NCBI GenBank assembly: GCA_963744995.1
Contig: CAVUWA010000005.1
Span: 32,001 to 96,000, forward strand
Reading direction: 5' to 3'
DNA: 64,000 nt
Origin: Candidatus Eiseniibacteriota bacterium
GTDB lineage: Bacteria; Eisenbacteria; RBG-16-71-46
A program made the position numbers and the translations under genes. Of the stretch, positions 29,301-38,579 are shown one piece after another. Within the stretch, counting starts at the first letter, position 1. Every line of letters begins with the position of its first letter. Under the pieces are notes generated by a model that saw only the letters and a list, made by a program, of their open reading frames with translations, ran no database searches and had not been told where the DNA came from.

Positions 29301-29489
29301 GCCGGCGCCGAGTCGCGCAAACCGCTCGGCGCCGCGGTGGTCGGCGGCATGCTGCTCTCCACCTTCCTCACCCTGTTCGTCGTGCCGGTGATGTACACGC
29401 TGCTCGCGCGATTCGAGCGCGAGCGGGCGGAGTCGAAGGTAAGGAAGGCCGTGCCGCACGGCGGCGCGGCGGAGCCGGCCCAGGGGTGA
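26322..29489 (+). CDS. RND efflux permease (AcrB/HAE1 family)
   Basis: RPVLA, EYPDID, GLVVDDAII, TKNSILIVE, RLRPILMT (proton-relay residues); TTG start overlaps the MFP stop. Confidence 0.95.
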   Translation: MKLSEISVQRPVLATVLSLTILLFGLLSFTRLPVREYPDIDSPVVSVSTIYRGASAQVVETEITDVLEEQLSTIEGVKLITSSSREQVSRVAIEFNLNRDIDQAANDVRDRVSRVRGSLPTDAEEPVVAKQDVNAQPVMWLALKGAGHSLLELSEFAHNVLEERIQRIEGVGSVFVGASRRYAMRVWIDPQRLASYGLTVDDVEAALTHGNAEIPSGRVEGAGREFAVRTRGELATAQEFGDIIVSETPGGLIRLSDVADVRLGAEDDRSVARFDGVPAVGLGITKQQKASTVAVADRIEAALPALRELLPEGMELVAAYNGSTFIKDSMREVVITIGIAFLLVFLVIFIFLGSLRATVIPAVAIPVSLIGAFTATYFLGFSLNILTLLALVLAIGLVVDDAIIMLENIYRHMEMGKNRFRAALDGAKEIGFAIVATTVALVAVFVPVAFLTGRVGRLFNEFGIAVAVSVLISGFVALTLTPMLCSLMLKRRHFGTAEGEAPAAEAGAGEVLDLEEAVPGPQTKFDAFFQRMGAGYERILATLLHHRRFAMLGTLVLVALIAVLFRALPSELVPTEDRGLIFNIVRAPEGSTLEYTDRYVRQAEAVYRDVPEVDAMFTAIGLGFGGPGRVTDAFMFVRLKHYDERKRSQQAIVASIFPRIFGIPGVLAFPINPPSLGGGFGSPVQFVIKAETYDDLQRAVSAMMREAQQLGYLVNMDSDLKLNKPQLEIEIDRNRAAELGVSVTEIGGTLQTLLGGRTVTNFKRGSREYDVIVQVPPAERATPGIIDALYVRGHHGLTQLASVVHVEQKVSPRELNHFNRERAATISANLAPGVTLGKALADLRAAAKRVLPAGVTTDLAGQSREFVESSGGLYFLFGIALVFIFLVLAAQFESFIHPLTILLSVPLAVLGALLTLWLFGMTLNIYSQIGLIMLIGLVTKNSILIVEYANQRRERGQPLEQAVLDAARIRLRPILMTALATMMGVLPIALGLGAGAESRKPLGAAVVGGMLLSTFLTLFVVPVMYTLLARFERERAESKVRKAVPHGGAAEPAQG

Positions 29490-29625
29490 AGGGGCTCCGC
29501 AACGGGGTGCTTGCGACTCGCGTCCAGGAGCGGCGGCGGCGGCGCGTAACGCTCAGCCCCAGGCACCCGCTCGTCAGGCCGTAGAACGGGCCGATCGCCA
29601 TGTCGATCGCGTTCGCCGACAGCCG

Positions 29626-29656
29626 CGCGCGCGGGTGCCCTTGACACCCGCGCGCG
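29626..29656. terminator. GC-rich hairpin between convergent RND and GH13 genes
   Basis: cgcgcgcgggtg / cacccgcgcgcg 12-bp stem with a 7-nt loop; no clear U-tract. Confidence 0.4.
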
Positions 29657-29674
29657 GCTCCCGGCGGCGGCCCT

Positions 29675-32600
29675 TCAGCGCGTCCGCACGAAGCGCTTCG
29701 CGGAGCGCACCGGCCCTGCTTCCAGCGTGACGAAGTAGATCCCGGCGGCCACACGGCGTCCCGACTCGTCACGGCCGTCCCAGTCGAGCGCGTGCACGCC
29801 CGCCGCGCGCACGCCGTGCGCAAGCGATTTCACCCGCCTGCCGCCGACGTCCAGGATCTCCAGCCGCACCTCCCCGGGCGCGGCGAGCGCGAAACGGAAC
29901 GTGGTGGTGCCCGCCGACGGGTTCGGCGCGGGCGGCGCCAGCGTCAGGGCCGTCGCGGGCGGCGCAGGCACGTCGGTGGTCAGCACCTCCGCCGCGATGC
30001 GCCAGATCGAGGGGGGCTGGTCGCCATTCGAGTTGGAAAACGCGACGCCGCCACCCGGGTCGGCCACGTAAAGTGCCCCGTCGCCTCCGAATGCGAGGCA
30101 CTGCGATCCTGAGAGGTTGTTGAACCCCGAGGCGAACACGCTCACCGCGCCGGCCGCGGTCACGCGCAGGATGCGCTCGCCGAGGATGTCGGCGACGAAC
30201 AGGTCGCCGCCGAACTGGCCGGTCGTGTCGAAGGCCATGCCGCTCGCGCCCTGGAGCAGGGGGTCCTGGACGAGCGTCGTCGCGGCGCCGCCCGGCGTCA
30301 GGCGCACGATGCGCCCCGGGCCGTCGGCTGCGGTGCCGAGCGAAGCGAGGTCGGCGTCAGCCACGTAGAGGTCCGTGCCCCACGCGCCGCCCGGCCCGAA
30401 CGCCAGCCCTTCGGCCCCGCCGATGCCGGTCGCGAACGTCTGCAGCGTGCTGATCGGGCTCACCCGTACGACGCGATCACCGGCCGGGTCCCCCATGTAG
30501 AACTGATCGAAGAACGTGGCGTCGCCCCAGGCGCCGGCACCCGTTTCGGTCGCGGTCGAGGCGCCGAGCTTCTGCGTGGTCATGCGGGCGGCATCCACGT
30601 CGTAGAGCCCCGTCTCGTCCACGATGCGCAGCGGTTGGTCGTCCGTCTTCGCGAGCCCCTCGGCGCGCGGCCAGCGCTGATCCCCGAGGAAGTGCCCGGT
30701 GTCGCCGCCCGGCCGGAGCTCGAGCAGGCGCTCGAGCCCCGTGTCAGAGACCAGCAGCGCATCGGGCCCGAGCCATGGCGCAGAGAGCAGCCCCTCCGGG
30801 GCGCGCAGCAGCTGGCGCGCGATCAGGTCCACGCTGTAGCCCGCCTCGACCGAGATGCCGCCGGGCGCGCCCGCCGTCGAGAACGTCGCGGTGACGTCAT
30901 CCAGCGGTCGGCCGCCGTCGGCAGCCACCACGGTCGTGTCGAGCGACCAGGCGAAATCGGTCGACGCCGGCCAGGCCGCCTGCGGGTGGAAGCGCGCCAC
31001 CCGGCCCGCGACCTGCCACGCACCGGCGACCGCCGGCGCAATGTGGAAGGCACCGGCCACGCTCGCGCCCTGGACTTCGCGGTCGAAGACGATGGTGAGC
31101 GGTGAGAAGCGGTCGTTCACGTGCGAATCGTGCCCCGGGTAGAACGAGGTCACGCGCAGCGCGGCGACCGGCGCCGCCGCGCGCGAGGCGAGCGTCTCGA
31201 GGATGCGCACGCCGCGTGCCGGAACGTTCAGCGTCACGACGCCCGACGCCGTGCCGGCGACCTGCGGCTCGAGCGCGTCGCCGTAGGGCGTTCCCGCGGG
31301 CCATGGGCTCGCGACCGCGCGGATCACCGGCAGGTTCGAGGAGTTGACCGCCACCAGCACCGTGTCGGACGGGGTCTGGCGCGAGAACACGTAGAGACCG
31401 GGGCCCGAGGCTTCGGCGTAGAGTTCGGTGAACGCGCCGCGCCTCAAGGCCTCGTGGCGGTCCCGCGTGTCGGCCAGCGAGCGGATGTAGCCGAACAGCG
31501 GGCTCGCGAAGTCGAATCGGTCGCCGGCCGAGGGCCCGAAATCCCACTGCCCGTCCCACATGTCCTCGCGGTTGTAGGGATCGCCGCCGCCGTCGAACGA
31601 CTGCTCGGTGCCGTAGTAGACGATCGGAACGCCGCGCGTCGTCAGCTGGAAACCGAGCGCGGCACGCAGCCGCCCCTCGTCCTTCTCGGCCGGTCCCGCA
31701 AAGGCCATGAAACGCGGCAGGTCGTGGTTGTCGAGGAAGCTCGCGAGCCGCTCGCGGGCGGTCGGGTCGTAGTCGCCGAGGTTCGCGTAGCGGTCGCTGA
31801 TGGCGCTGGCCGGGGCGTTCGAGTCCTCGGCCTCGCGAAACACGTAGTTGGTGGTGAAGTACATCGGGAAGTACAGCGTGGCGTCGAGCTTGAACGGGCC
31901 GCCGCCGACGGTGCCGGTGTACGAGCCGTTTCTGGCGTCGTCGCCGTCGAAGACCTCGCCGAACATGTAGAAATCGTCCTTGCCGATCGACTGCGCATGC
32001 GCGCGCACCGAAGGCGTCCATGTCTGCCAGAACGGCATGTCGACGTGCTTCACCGTGTCGATGCGGAAACCGTCACAGTCCGTGCTGTCGATCAGGAACT
32101 CGGCCGCCGCGACCAGTTGTGCCTCGACGGCCGGGTCCTCGGTCTTGAGGTCGTCGAGCCCCGCCAGCTCGCCCAGCACCTGATCGGGATCCACGTAGTT
32201 CTGGATCTCGCCGTGCGCGTGGAAGCGACTGAGGTCGTCGAAGAAGCCGATGTGGCGTTTGCCGTTGTTGCGCCACTGCAGCGTGTAGGTGCCCGGGTAC
32301 TTGAACTGCGGGTACGGCGACTGCGTGCTGTAGATGAGATCGCCCATATGGTTGGTGACCACGTCGATGATCACGTAGATGCCGCGCGCGTGCGCCGCCT
32401 GCACCAGCGAGCGCAGTGCCGGCAGGCCGCCCAGGTGCGGCGCGATGGTGAAGAAGTCGCGCGCTGCGTAGCCGTGGTACTCGGCGTTGGCGTTCAGAAC
32501 CACCGGGGAGATCCAGATCGCACGGGCGCCCAGCTGGCGGATGTAGTCGAGCCGCTGCTCGATGCCGGCGAAGTCGCCGCCGTGGATCGAGGTCCCGCTC

Positions 32601-32869
32601 GCCGGGTCGTAGTGACCCTCGATCGCGTCGTTCGCGGGATCGCCGTCCATGAAGCGGTCGGTGAAGATCTGGTAGATGACGACGTCGCGCCAGTCGGCGG
32701 GCGAGGACGTGGCCGCGGACGCGGCACCGGGAGCGGCGATCGCCCCACAGGCCGCCAGCAGCGCGAGGAAGGCGGCGCCCGGCGTCCACGCGCCGCGGCG
32801 GGCGGGCCCGGGGCCGCGCGCGCGTTGACCCCCCCGGACGCGCTGGCTAGACTTTTCGGGCGCCGACAC
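29675..32869 (-). CDS. secreted GH13 alpha-amylase with Ig-like and beta-propeller regions and FlgD-Ig/T9SS-like CTD
   Basis: IYQIFTDRF, GGDFAG, YHGY, DVVTNH, GFRIDTVKH, GEVF, FLDNHD; CTD PNP...WDGRD...GIYFV. Start uncertain (GTG 32869 or ATG 32920/32929). Confidence 0.92.
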   Translation of the reverse strand: MSAPEKSSQRVRGGQRARGPGPARRGAWTPGAAFLALLAACGAIAAPGAASAATSSPADWRDVVIYQIFTDRFMDGDPANDAIEGHYDPASGTSIHGGDFAGIEQRLDYIRQLGARAIWISPVVLNANAEYHGYAARDFFTIAPHLGGLPALRSLVQAAHARGIYVIIDVVTNHMGDLIYSTQSPYPQFKYPGTYTLQWRNNGKRHIGFFDDLSRFHAHGEIQNYVDPDQVLGELAGLDDLKTEDPAVEAQLVAAAEFLIDSTDCDGFRIDTVKHVDMPFWQTWTPSVRAHAQSIGKDDFYMFGEVFDGDDARNGSYTGTVGGGPFKLDATLYFPMYFTTNYVFREAEDSNAPASAISDRYANLGDYDPTARERLASFLDNHDLPRFMAFAGPAEKDEGRLRAALGFQLTTRGVPIVYYGTEQSFDGGGDPYNREDMWDGQWDFGPSAGDRFDFASPLFGYIRSLADTRDRHEALRRGAFTELYAEASGPGLYVFSRQTPSDTVLVAVNSSNLPVIRAVASPWPAGTPYGDALEPQVAGTASGVVTLNVPARGVRILETLASRAAAPVAALRVTSFYPGHDSHVNDRFSPLTIVFDREVQGASVAGAFHIAPAVAGAWQVAGRVARFHPQAAWPASTDFAWSLDTTVVAADGGRPLDDVTATFSTAGAPGGISVEAGYSVDLIARQLLRAPEGLLSAPWLGPDALLVSDTGLERLLELRPGGDTGHFLGDQRWPRAEGLAKTDDQPLRIVDETGLYDVDAARMTTQKLGASTATETGAGAWGDATFFDQFYMGDPAGDRVVRVSPISTLQTFATGIGGAEGLAFGPGGAWGTDLYVADADLASLGTAADGPGRIVRLTPGGAATTLVQDPLLQGASGMAFDTTGQFGGDLFVADILGERILRVTAAGAVSVFASGFNNLSGSQCLAFGGDGALYVADPGGGVAFSNSNGDQPPSIWRIAAEVLTTDVPAPPATALTLAPPAPNPSAGTTTFRFALAAPGEVRLEILDVGGRRVKSLAHGVRAAGVHALDWDGRDESGRRVAAGIYFVTLEAGPVRSAKRFVRTR
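32825..32853 (+). promoter_or_regulatory. sigma70-type promoter of the GH57-malEFG-like unit
   Basis: TTGACC-N17-TAGACT. Confidence 0.65.
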
Positions 32870-32918
32870 CGCCCACCGCACCACCGCACGACCCCACCTG
32901 GGGGAGCGCCAGAACGCC

Positions 32919-35900
32919 ATGCCCCGCATCCGCTTCGCCGCCTGCTCGCTCATGATCCTCGCTCTGGTGTCGTCCGCTCAGGCGGCCGCCCCGCCGGCGC
33001 GCTCAGCGCGGCTGCTCGCCGATGCCGCCTGGCCGAAATCGTCCGTGGTCGCGATCGGCAGGGTGCGCTCGGGCGTCACGCCGCTGGAGAGCGCGGGCAA
33101 CATTCTAGCAGTCTACGTCGATCGCGCCGAAGCGCTGACCGTGCGCGTGAGCCTGGTCGCGCCGGTCGGGATCACCGATCACGTGCCGTACTTCGAAGCC
33201 CACGGCACCGTGGTGATCGAGCTCGACGACCCGGGCGAAGCCCCGATCGGCGAAACGGACGCAACCGCTGCCGGCGGGACCGCCGCGTTTGCGGTCACCC
33301 GGCGCGTGACCCTCGCGCCGCCGCGCGACGGCCGCGCCGCCGTGCGGCAGGTCATGCGTCACCGGATCCCCGGCGCTCCGGACGATCCGGTCCTGCCGCT
33401 CGCCTCCGACGCGGTCGCTTTCCATCTGGATCAGGGCTGGCTGGCGGCGGCGCTGCCGGTGGCGGCAGGCGGCGCACCGCGGCACATCGCGGTCAGCACC
33501 TACGCCGACGGACGGCTCCTCGACCGCATCGTCGTGCCGCTCGATGCGCAGGTGAGCTACTCCACCCACGTCGCTTTCATGCACCACGGCAACCAGGGCC
33601 TCGCCTACTCCGACGTGTTCTTCGGACGCCCGGGGGCGATGAATGCGAGCGGCTACGACGAGGTGCTCGAGGCGCACCAGAAGCTGCCGCAGATCCCCGG
33701 CAATTTCCACCTCGGTGCGCTGCTGCAGAGCGCAGCCGAGTGGGACGCCAGGAACGGCAACCCGGTGGACTTCAACGCGTGGCTCAGGGCCGGCGTCACC
33801 GAGGGCTGGGCCGGGATGATCGCGTCGGCCTACGGGCAGCCGATCATGCCGTTCATCCAGGGCGCGATGAACGACTGGGCGGTGGATCGCCACACCGCCA
33901 TGACCGACTGGCGCTATGGCTACACGCCGCGCGTCGCATGGGTGCCCGAACGGGTGTGGCTCTCGCCGGGGAACTACCCGGACGCGGGCGTGATCGACGA
34001 CTCCGGCAACCACTGGGTGAACCACGGCATCGACGCGGTGATCCTCGACGACTGGCCGCACGGACAGGGCTACGACAACCATCAGATCCACACCATCGCC
34101 GGATCCTCGCTGCGGGTGATCCTGCGCGACGGCAACTTCACCGGGAAGATGCATTCGGGCGACGGCGCGGGCGCCCTTCAGGTCCTCACCGACCTGGCCA
34201 GCACCCCCGACGGCCCCTACCGCCTGGTCACCTATGCCGACGACTGGGAAATGGCCGCCGAGGTCGCGGGCTGGGAGAACACGTTCCCGTTCGCACTCGA
34301 TACCTATGAGTGGATGATCGACAAGTGCCGCTCGGAGAGCTCGTGGCTCTCGACGTGGAAGCTCGCCGACGCGCTCAACAATCCGAACTTCAACGGTTCG
34401 TCGTCCATGGCGCCCACGTTCGGCACCTACGGCGGGATCGGCGACGTGCACGGCTACGGCGGCAGCAACAACGCCTGGTACACCGACTACGCCGGCTACA
34501 TTCCATACGCCAACGGCGGTGACGGCAACGGCGGCTGCGCCGGCATGGGCGGGAACTGCAAGAATCACGGCCAGATCTGGAACGACGCGTTCAACGCGTT
34601 GCAGGCAGCGCCGGACAACGCGATCCGCGAAGCCGGCTGGTACGTGTTGATGAGCAACCTGCACGAGACCGGCTGGCACGACTACCTGGGCGGACCGCTA
34701 TCGGGCTGGGAGCGCCAGTACGCCGGCCACATCAAGAATGCCAGCATCTACGCCGAAGCCGCGCGCTGGGCGGGCGGTCTCTACGTGAATCCAACCGGGG
34801 CGTACCTGTCGGACATCGACGACGACGGCTACGACGAGCTGGTGATGTACAACGACCGCGTGTTCGCCGTGTTCGAGTCCACGGGCGGGCGCTGCACGCA
34901 CCTGTTCGCGAAGGGCAGCGGCTACGCCTGGCCGGTGATCGGCGTGGACAACGCCTACTGGTACGGCACCGAGGGCGACTACAACGACGGCAACCACGTC
35001 GCCGGGCTGTCGGACGTCGGCCCCAACGCCCAGAACGATCCGTACGGCATGAGCGTGAACCTCGCATCCGGCGACTCGGTGCGCGCGACGTTCAGCCACT
35101 CGGGGATCGAGCGCACCGTGACGCTGCGCGTGGGCCAGCCCTTCATGGACGTGGTCTATCGCGTCGGCGCCAACACGCAGTACATCCAGAGCGGCTTCTC
35201 CCCCGACCTCGTCGACCTCGTCTGGAACGCCGAAATGGACCGTGTGTTCGCGCCGGACGTCTCGTACATGGGACAGCGGAACCCCAACACACAGGCGACC
35301 GCGGCGTACGTGCTGGGCGGGGGCGGCGCCGGCTTCAACCTCAACTACAGCGGCACGCTGATGAAGGTGGACGAGATCTACGGCACTCAGAAGTTCCAGT
35401 TCTACCTGTACGCCGGGCCGACGTCCGCGCCCGACGCGGGCGGGAACGTCACCGAGTTGCAGGGCCTCGCCGCCGCGCTCACCGACCTGCTGCCCCCCGC
35501 ACCCGCGGGCGCCACGTACTTCCCGGCGACGCGGCAGCTGGCGGTGACGTTCGACGAAGCCGTGCGCTTCGACGAGGTCCAGCCGACCTCGTTCGCGATC
35601 GACGCGAACGACGACGGGATCCCCGACGTCACCCTCGACCCGTCGACGACGGTCGTGAACGGCAGCAACGCGCCGGTGCTCACCCTGCAGATCGCGGCCG
35701 CCGATCACGACTCGATTCAGGCGCTCGACCATCAGCAGATGCGGCTGCTGCTCGCCGCCGGTGCCGTCAAGGACGTCGCCGGCAACGTGAACGCGCTCGT
35801 GACGGACGGTGACGACGTCATGGTCTCCTACGGCCCGCCGACGCTGATCACGCTCGACGGCCGCTTCGATCCCGCCGAATGGCCCGACTGCGCGATTGCG

Positions 35901-37136
35901 GTCGCCGACTCGTTCGATTCGGCCTGGAACTCGACCGGCAACACCGACAACGAGATCCAGGACGTGTACGCGACCTGGGACGACACCTACCTCTACCTCG
36001 GATTGCGCGGCGTCGTGACCGGCAACTCGTGGCTGCTCTACCTGGACACCGATCCCGGCGGCCCCGCCGGGCAGACCGATCTCACCGCGATCGACACCTG
36101 GGAGCGCGGCGTGACGTTCACCGCGCCGGGCTTCAAGGCCGACTGGCAGTTCGGCGCCTACCAGCATCAGGGCGCCTTCGACAGCCAGTCGTTCTGGAAG
36201 ATCACCGGCGCGACGAGCTCCGAGGATTCCACCCAGGCGATCCTCGCCGCGTTCGACCCGAACCATGTGTTCGGACTCCAGGGCGGCAGCGAAATCGCGA
36301 TTCCCTGGTCCACGCTGTACGGCCTCGCCGGCGGGCAGGTGCCGACGCACGCGCAGTTGGGGCTGGTGGCGACGCTCTGCTACGACCCGGAGCCGGGCGG
36401 CGAGGCCGGCGGCGATCAGGCGCCGAACGACCTCTCGGCGACACCGCCCGTGCTCGACAACCGGCAGATCGTCACGATCGACGCGAACGGCGACGGCCTG
36501 CCCGATCCGATCGACCGCCAGGGTCCTGCACTGATGTCGGCCGCGCCCACGGGCTGGGACACCGTGGTGACCGTGGTGTTCGATGAAGCGCTCGCGCCGG
36601 GACCCGCGGGCGTGGCCTCGCGCTACACCGTGTTCGAGACCGGGAATCCGACGAACACGGTGAGCGTGCTCACCGCGACGCTGCAGGGAGACCAGAAGTC
36701 GGTGGCCCTCGCGGTCACGCCGATGTCCAGCACCAGCTACACCGTGGTCGCGAACGGCATCGCCGACGCGACCTGCTACGCCAACGTCACGCCGCAGACG
36801 ACCACGACGTTCCAGGGCCCGCTCGTCGACGTCGCCGTGGACGGTGCGCCCCGGCATCTCGCCCTGCTCGCACCGCGCCCGAACCCGACGCGCGGCGAGA
36901 GCCTCATCGACTTCGTGGTGCCGGGCGGCGAAGCACTGCCGGTGCGACTCGAGATCTACGACCTCTCGGGCCGGCGGCGCGCGGTGCTCGCCGACGGCGT
37001 GTTCGCTCCCGGACGGCACCATGCGCGCTTCGAGGGCCGCGACAAGTCGGGTGCACGTCTTGCACCGGGTCTTTACTTCGTGCGACTCTCGCGCGGTTCC
37101 GAACGACTCACCCGGCGTCTGGTGGTCATGCTGTGA
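32919..37136 (+). CDS. secreted GH57-family alpha-glucan hydrolase with accessory beta-sandwich domains and CTD
   Basis: Signal peptide; GH57-like regions HHGNQ, WVPERVW (nucleophile Glu), ADDWE (acid/base Asp); PNP...GLYFVRL CTD. Confidence 0.8.
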   Translation: MPRIRFAACSLMILALVSSAQAAAPPARSARLLADAAWPKSSVVAIGRVRSGVTPLESAGNILAVYVDRAEALTVRVSLVAPVGITDHVPYFEAHGTVVIELDDPGEAPIGETDATAAGGTAAFAVTRRVTLAPPRDGRAAVRQVMRHRIPGAPDDPVLPLASDAVAFHLDQGWLAAALPVAAGGAPRHIAVSTYADGRLLDRIVVPLDAQVSYSTHVAFMHHGNQGLAYSDVFFGRPGAMNASGYDEVLEAHQKLPQIPGNFHLGALLQSAAEWDARNGNPVDFNAWLRAGVTEGWAGMIASAYGQPIMPFIQGAMNDWAVDRHTAMTDWRYGYTPRVAWVPERVWLSPGNYPDAGVIDDSGNHWVNHGIDAVILDDWPHGQGYDNHQIHTIAGSSLRVILRDGNFTGKMHSGDGAGALQVLTDLASTPDGPYRLVTYADDWEMAAEVAGWENTFPFALDTYEWMIDKCRSESSWLSTWKLADALNNPNFNGSSSMAPTFGTYGGIGDVHGYGGSNNAWYTDYAGYIPYANGGDGNGGCAGMGGNCKNHGQIWNDAFNALQAAPDNAIREAGWYVLMSNLHETGWHDYLGGPLSGWERQYAGHIKNASIYAEAARWAGGLYVNPTGAYLSDIDDDGYDELVMYNDRVFAVFESTGGRCTHLFAKGSGYAWPVIGVDNAYWYGTEGDYNDGNHVAGLSDVGPNAQNDPYGMSVNLASGDSVRATFSHSGIERTVTLRVGQPFMDVVYRVGANTQYIQSGFSPDLVDLVWNAEMDRVFAPDVSYMGQRNPNTQATAAYVLGGGGAGFNLNYSGTLMKVDEIYGTQKFQFYLYAGPTSAPDAGGNVTELQGLAAALTDLLPPAPAGATYFPATRQLAVTFDEAVRFDEVQPTSFAIDANDDGIPDVTLDPSTTVVNGSNAPVLTLQIAAADHDSIQALDHQQMRLLLAAGAVKDVAGNVNALVTDGDDVMVSYGPPTLITLDGRFDPAEWPDCAIAVADSFDSAWNSTGNTDNEIQDVYATWDDTYLYLGLRGVVTGNSWLLYLDTDPGGPAGQTDLTAIDTWERGVTFTAPGFKADWQFGAYQHQGAFDSQSFWKITGATSSEDSTQAILAAFDPNHVFGLQGGSEIAIPWSTLYGLAGGQVPTHAQLGLVATLCYDPEPGGEAGGDQAPNDLSATPPVLDNRQIVTIDANGDGLPDPIDRQGPALMSAAPTGWDTVVTVVFDEALAPGPAGVASRYTVFETGNPTNTVSVLTATLQGDQKSVALAVTPMSSTSYTVVANGIADATCYANVTPQTTTTFQGPLVDVAVDGAPRHLALLAPRPNPTRGESLIDFVVPGGEALPVRLEIYDLSGRRRAVLADGVFAPGRHHARFEGRDKSGARLAPGLYFVRLSRGSERLTRRLVVML

Positions 37137-37255
37137 GTTCTGCGCGGGCACGGCCCGCGCGCGCGAAGATCTTTCCGTTCGGCCGCCCTCCCCGCGGCGG
37201 CCGGACGTTTACGCGGACCCCGGACGGTCCGGCTCCGCGGCACGGAGGTACACGC

Positions 37256-38491
37256 ATGAGGCGCAAGCCGCGGGCGGCGTGGGTGGCGGTGCTGCTTCTC
37301 GCTTCATCCCTGCTCGGCGGCTGCGCCGCACGCAAGGACGACGGCTCGATCGTGATCTGGGAGCAGATGGATCCCGAGGAGCGCACGCGTTTCGAGGCCA
37401 ACCTCGAGGCGTACCGGGCGACGCACCCGGATCTCGAGATCCGCCACGTGCCGTACGAGACCGAACAGCTGCGCACCCAGTTCCAGACCGCGGCCGCGGC
37501 CGGCGGCGGCCCGGATCTGATCTTCGGTCCCTCCGACCAGGTCGGCCCGCTCTCACTGCTCGGCCTCATCGAACCGCTCGACCAGACGCTGCCGGCCGGG
37601 TTCTTCGACCGCTTCATCCCCGCCGCACTCGATACGCTCGACGGCCACATCTACGCCGCGCCCGATCAGGTCGGCAATCATCTGGTGCTGTGTTTCAACC
37701 GCAACATGGTGCCGGAGGCGCCCGGGACCGCGAACGAGTTCGTCGCCATCGCGCAGCGGTTGACGAAACCGGCCCGGGGCGGCCAGCCCGCCGTCTACGG
37801 TTTCGCCATGAACGCCACCGAGCCGTACTGGCTGATCCCGTTCTTCACGGGCTATGGCGGCTGGGTGTTCGACCAGAATGGCGACCCGAACCTGAACACG
37901 CCGGCGATGGTCAAGGCGCTGACGTTCCTCAAGGACCTGAAGGACGAGTACAAGGTCATGCCGCGCGAGAGCGACTATCAGGTCGCCGAGACGCTGTTCA
38001 AAGAGGGACAGGCGGCGATGATCGTGAACGGCCCGTGGTCGTGGTCGGGCTACCGCAAGGCCGGCATCGACCTCGGCATCGCGCCGATCTTCAAGATGCC
38101 GAACGGCCAGTGGGCCCGCCCGATGGCGGCGAGCAAGGGCTACTCGATCAACAGGAACGTTTCCGCTGCGAAGCGCGACAAGGTGGTGGAACTGCTCACC
38201 TACCTGACCTCGACCGAAGCCGAGACCCGCATGGCGGTGGAACTCGGCATCCTGCCCAGCACGCGCGCCGCCTACGCCGACTCGGCGATCGCGAACGATC
38301 CGACGCTCAAGGTGTCGCGCGAGGCGTTCGACCTCGGCCGCCGCATGCCGGTGGTGCCGGAGATGCGCGTGCTGTGGGACGTCATGCGGCCGGGCCTGCA
38401 GAACGTGATGAACGGCGCCAGGACGCCGGCCGAGGCCGCAAAGGAGATGCAGGACGCCGCCGTGCAGCAGATCGCCGGCATGAAGCAGTAG
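37256..38491 (+). CDS. sugar ABC substrate-binding lipoprotein (MalE-like)
   Basis: GGAGG RBS, lipobox LGGC, GPDLI, FKEGQAAMIVNGPWS, MPVVPEM..LW. Confidence 0.9.
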   Translation: MRRKPRAAWVAVLLLASSLLGGCAARKDDGSIVIWEQMDPEERTRFEANLEAYRATHPDLEIRHVPYETEQLRTQFQTAAAAGGGPDLIFGPSDQVGPLSLLGLIEPLDQTLPAGFFDRFIPAALDTLDGHIYAAPDQVGNHLVLCFNRNMVPEAPGTANEFVAIAQRLTKPARGGQPAVYGFAMNATEPYWLIPFFTGYGGWVFDQNGDPNLNTPAMVKALTFLKDLKDEYKVMPRESDYQVAETLFKEGQAAMIVNGPWSWSGYRKAGIDLGIAPIFKMPNGQWARPMAASKGYSINRNVSAAKRDKVVELLTYLTSTEAETRMAVELGILPSTRAAYADSAIANDPTLKVSREAFDLGRRMPVVPEMRVLWDVMRPGLQNVMNGARTPAEAAKEMQDAAVQQIAGMKQ

Positions 38492-38579
38492 CCATGGCGC
38501 GGGCCGGCTGCAGATGCGGCGCCCCGTCACGCGGCGCGCGGGATCACGACGCTTCCACCGGGCGGGAGTGCGACGCGCC

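Noticed and set aside
25165..29489. RND pump lacking an outer-membrane factor as a novel two-part system
   Set aside because: This arrangement is common; a TolC-like channel is usually encoded elsewhere.
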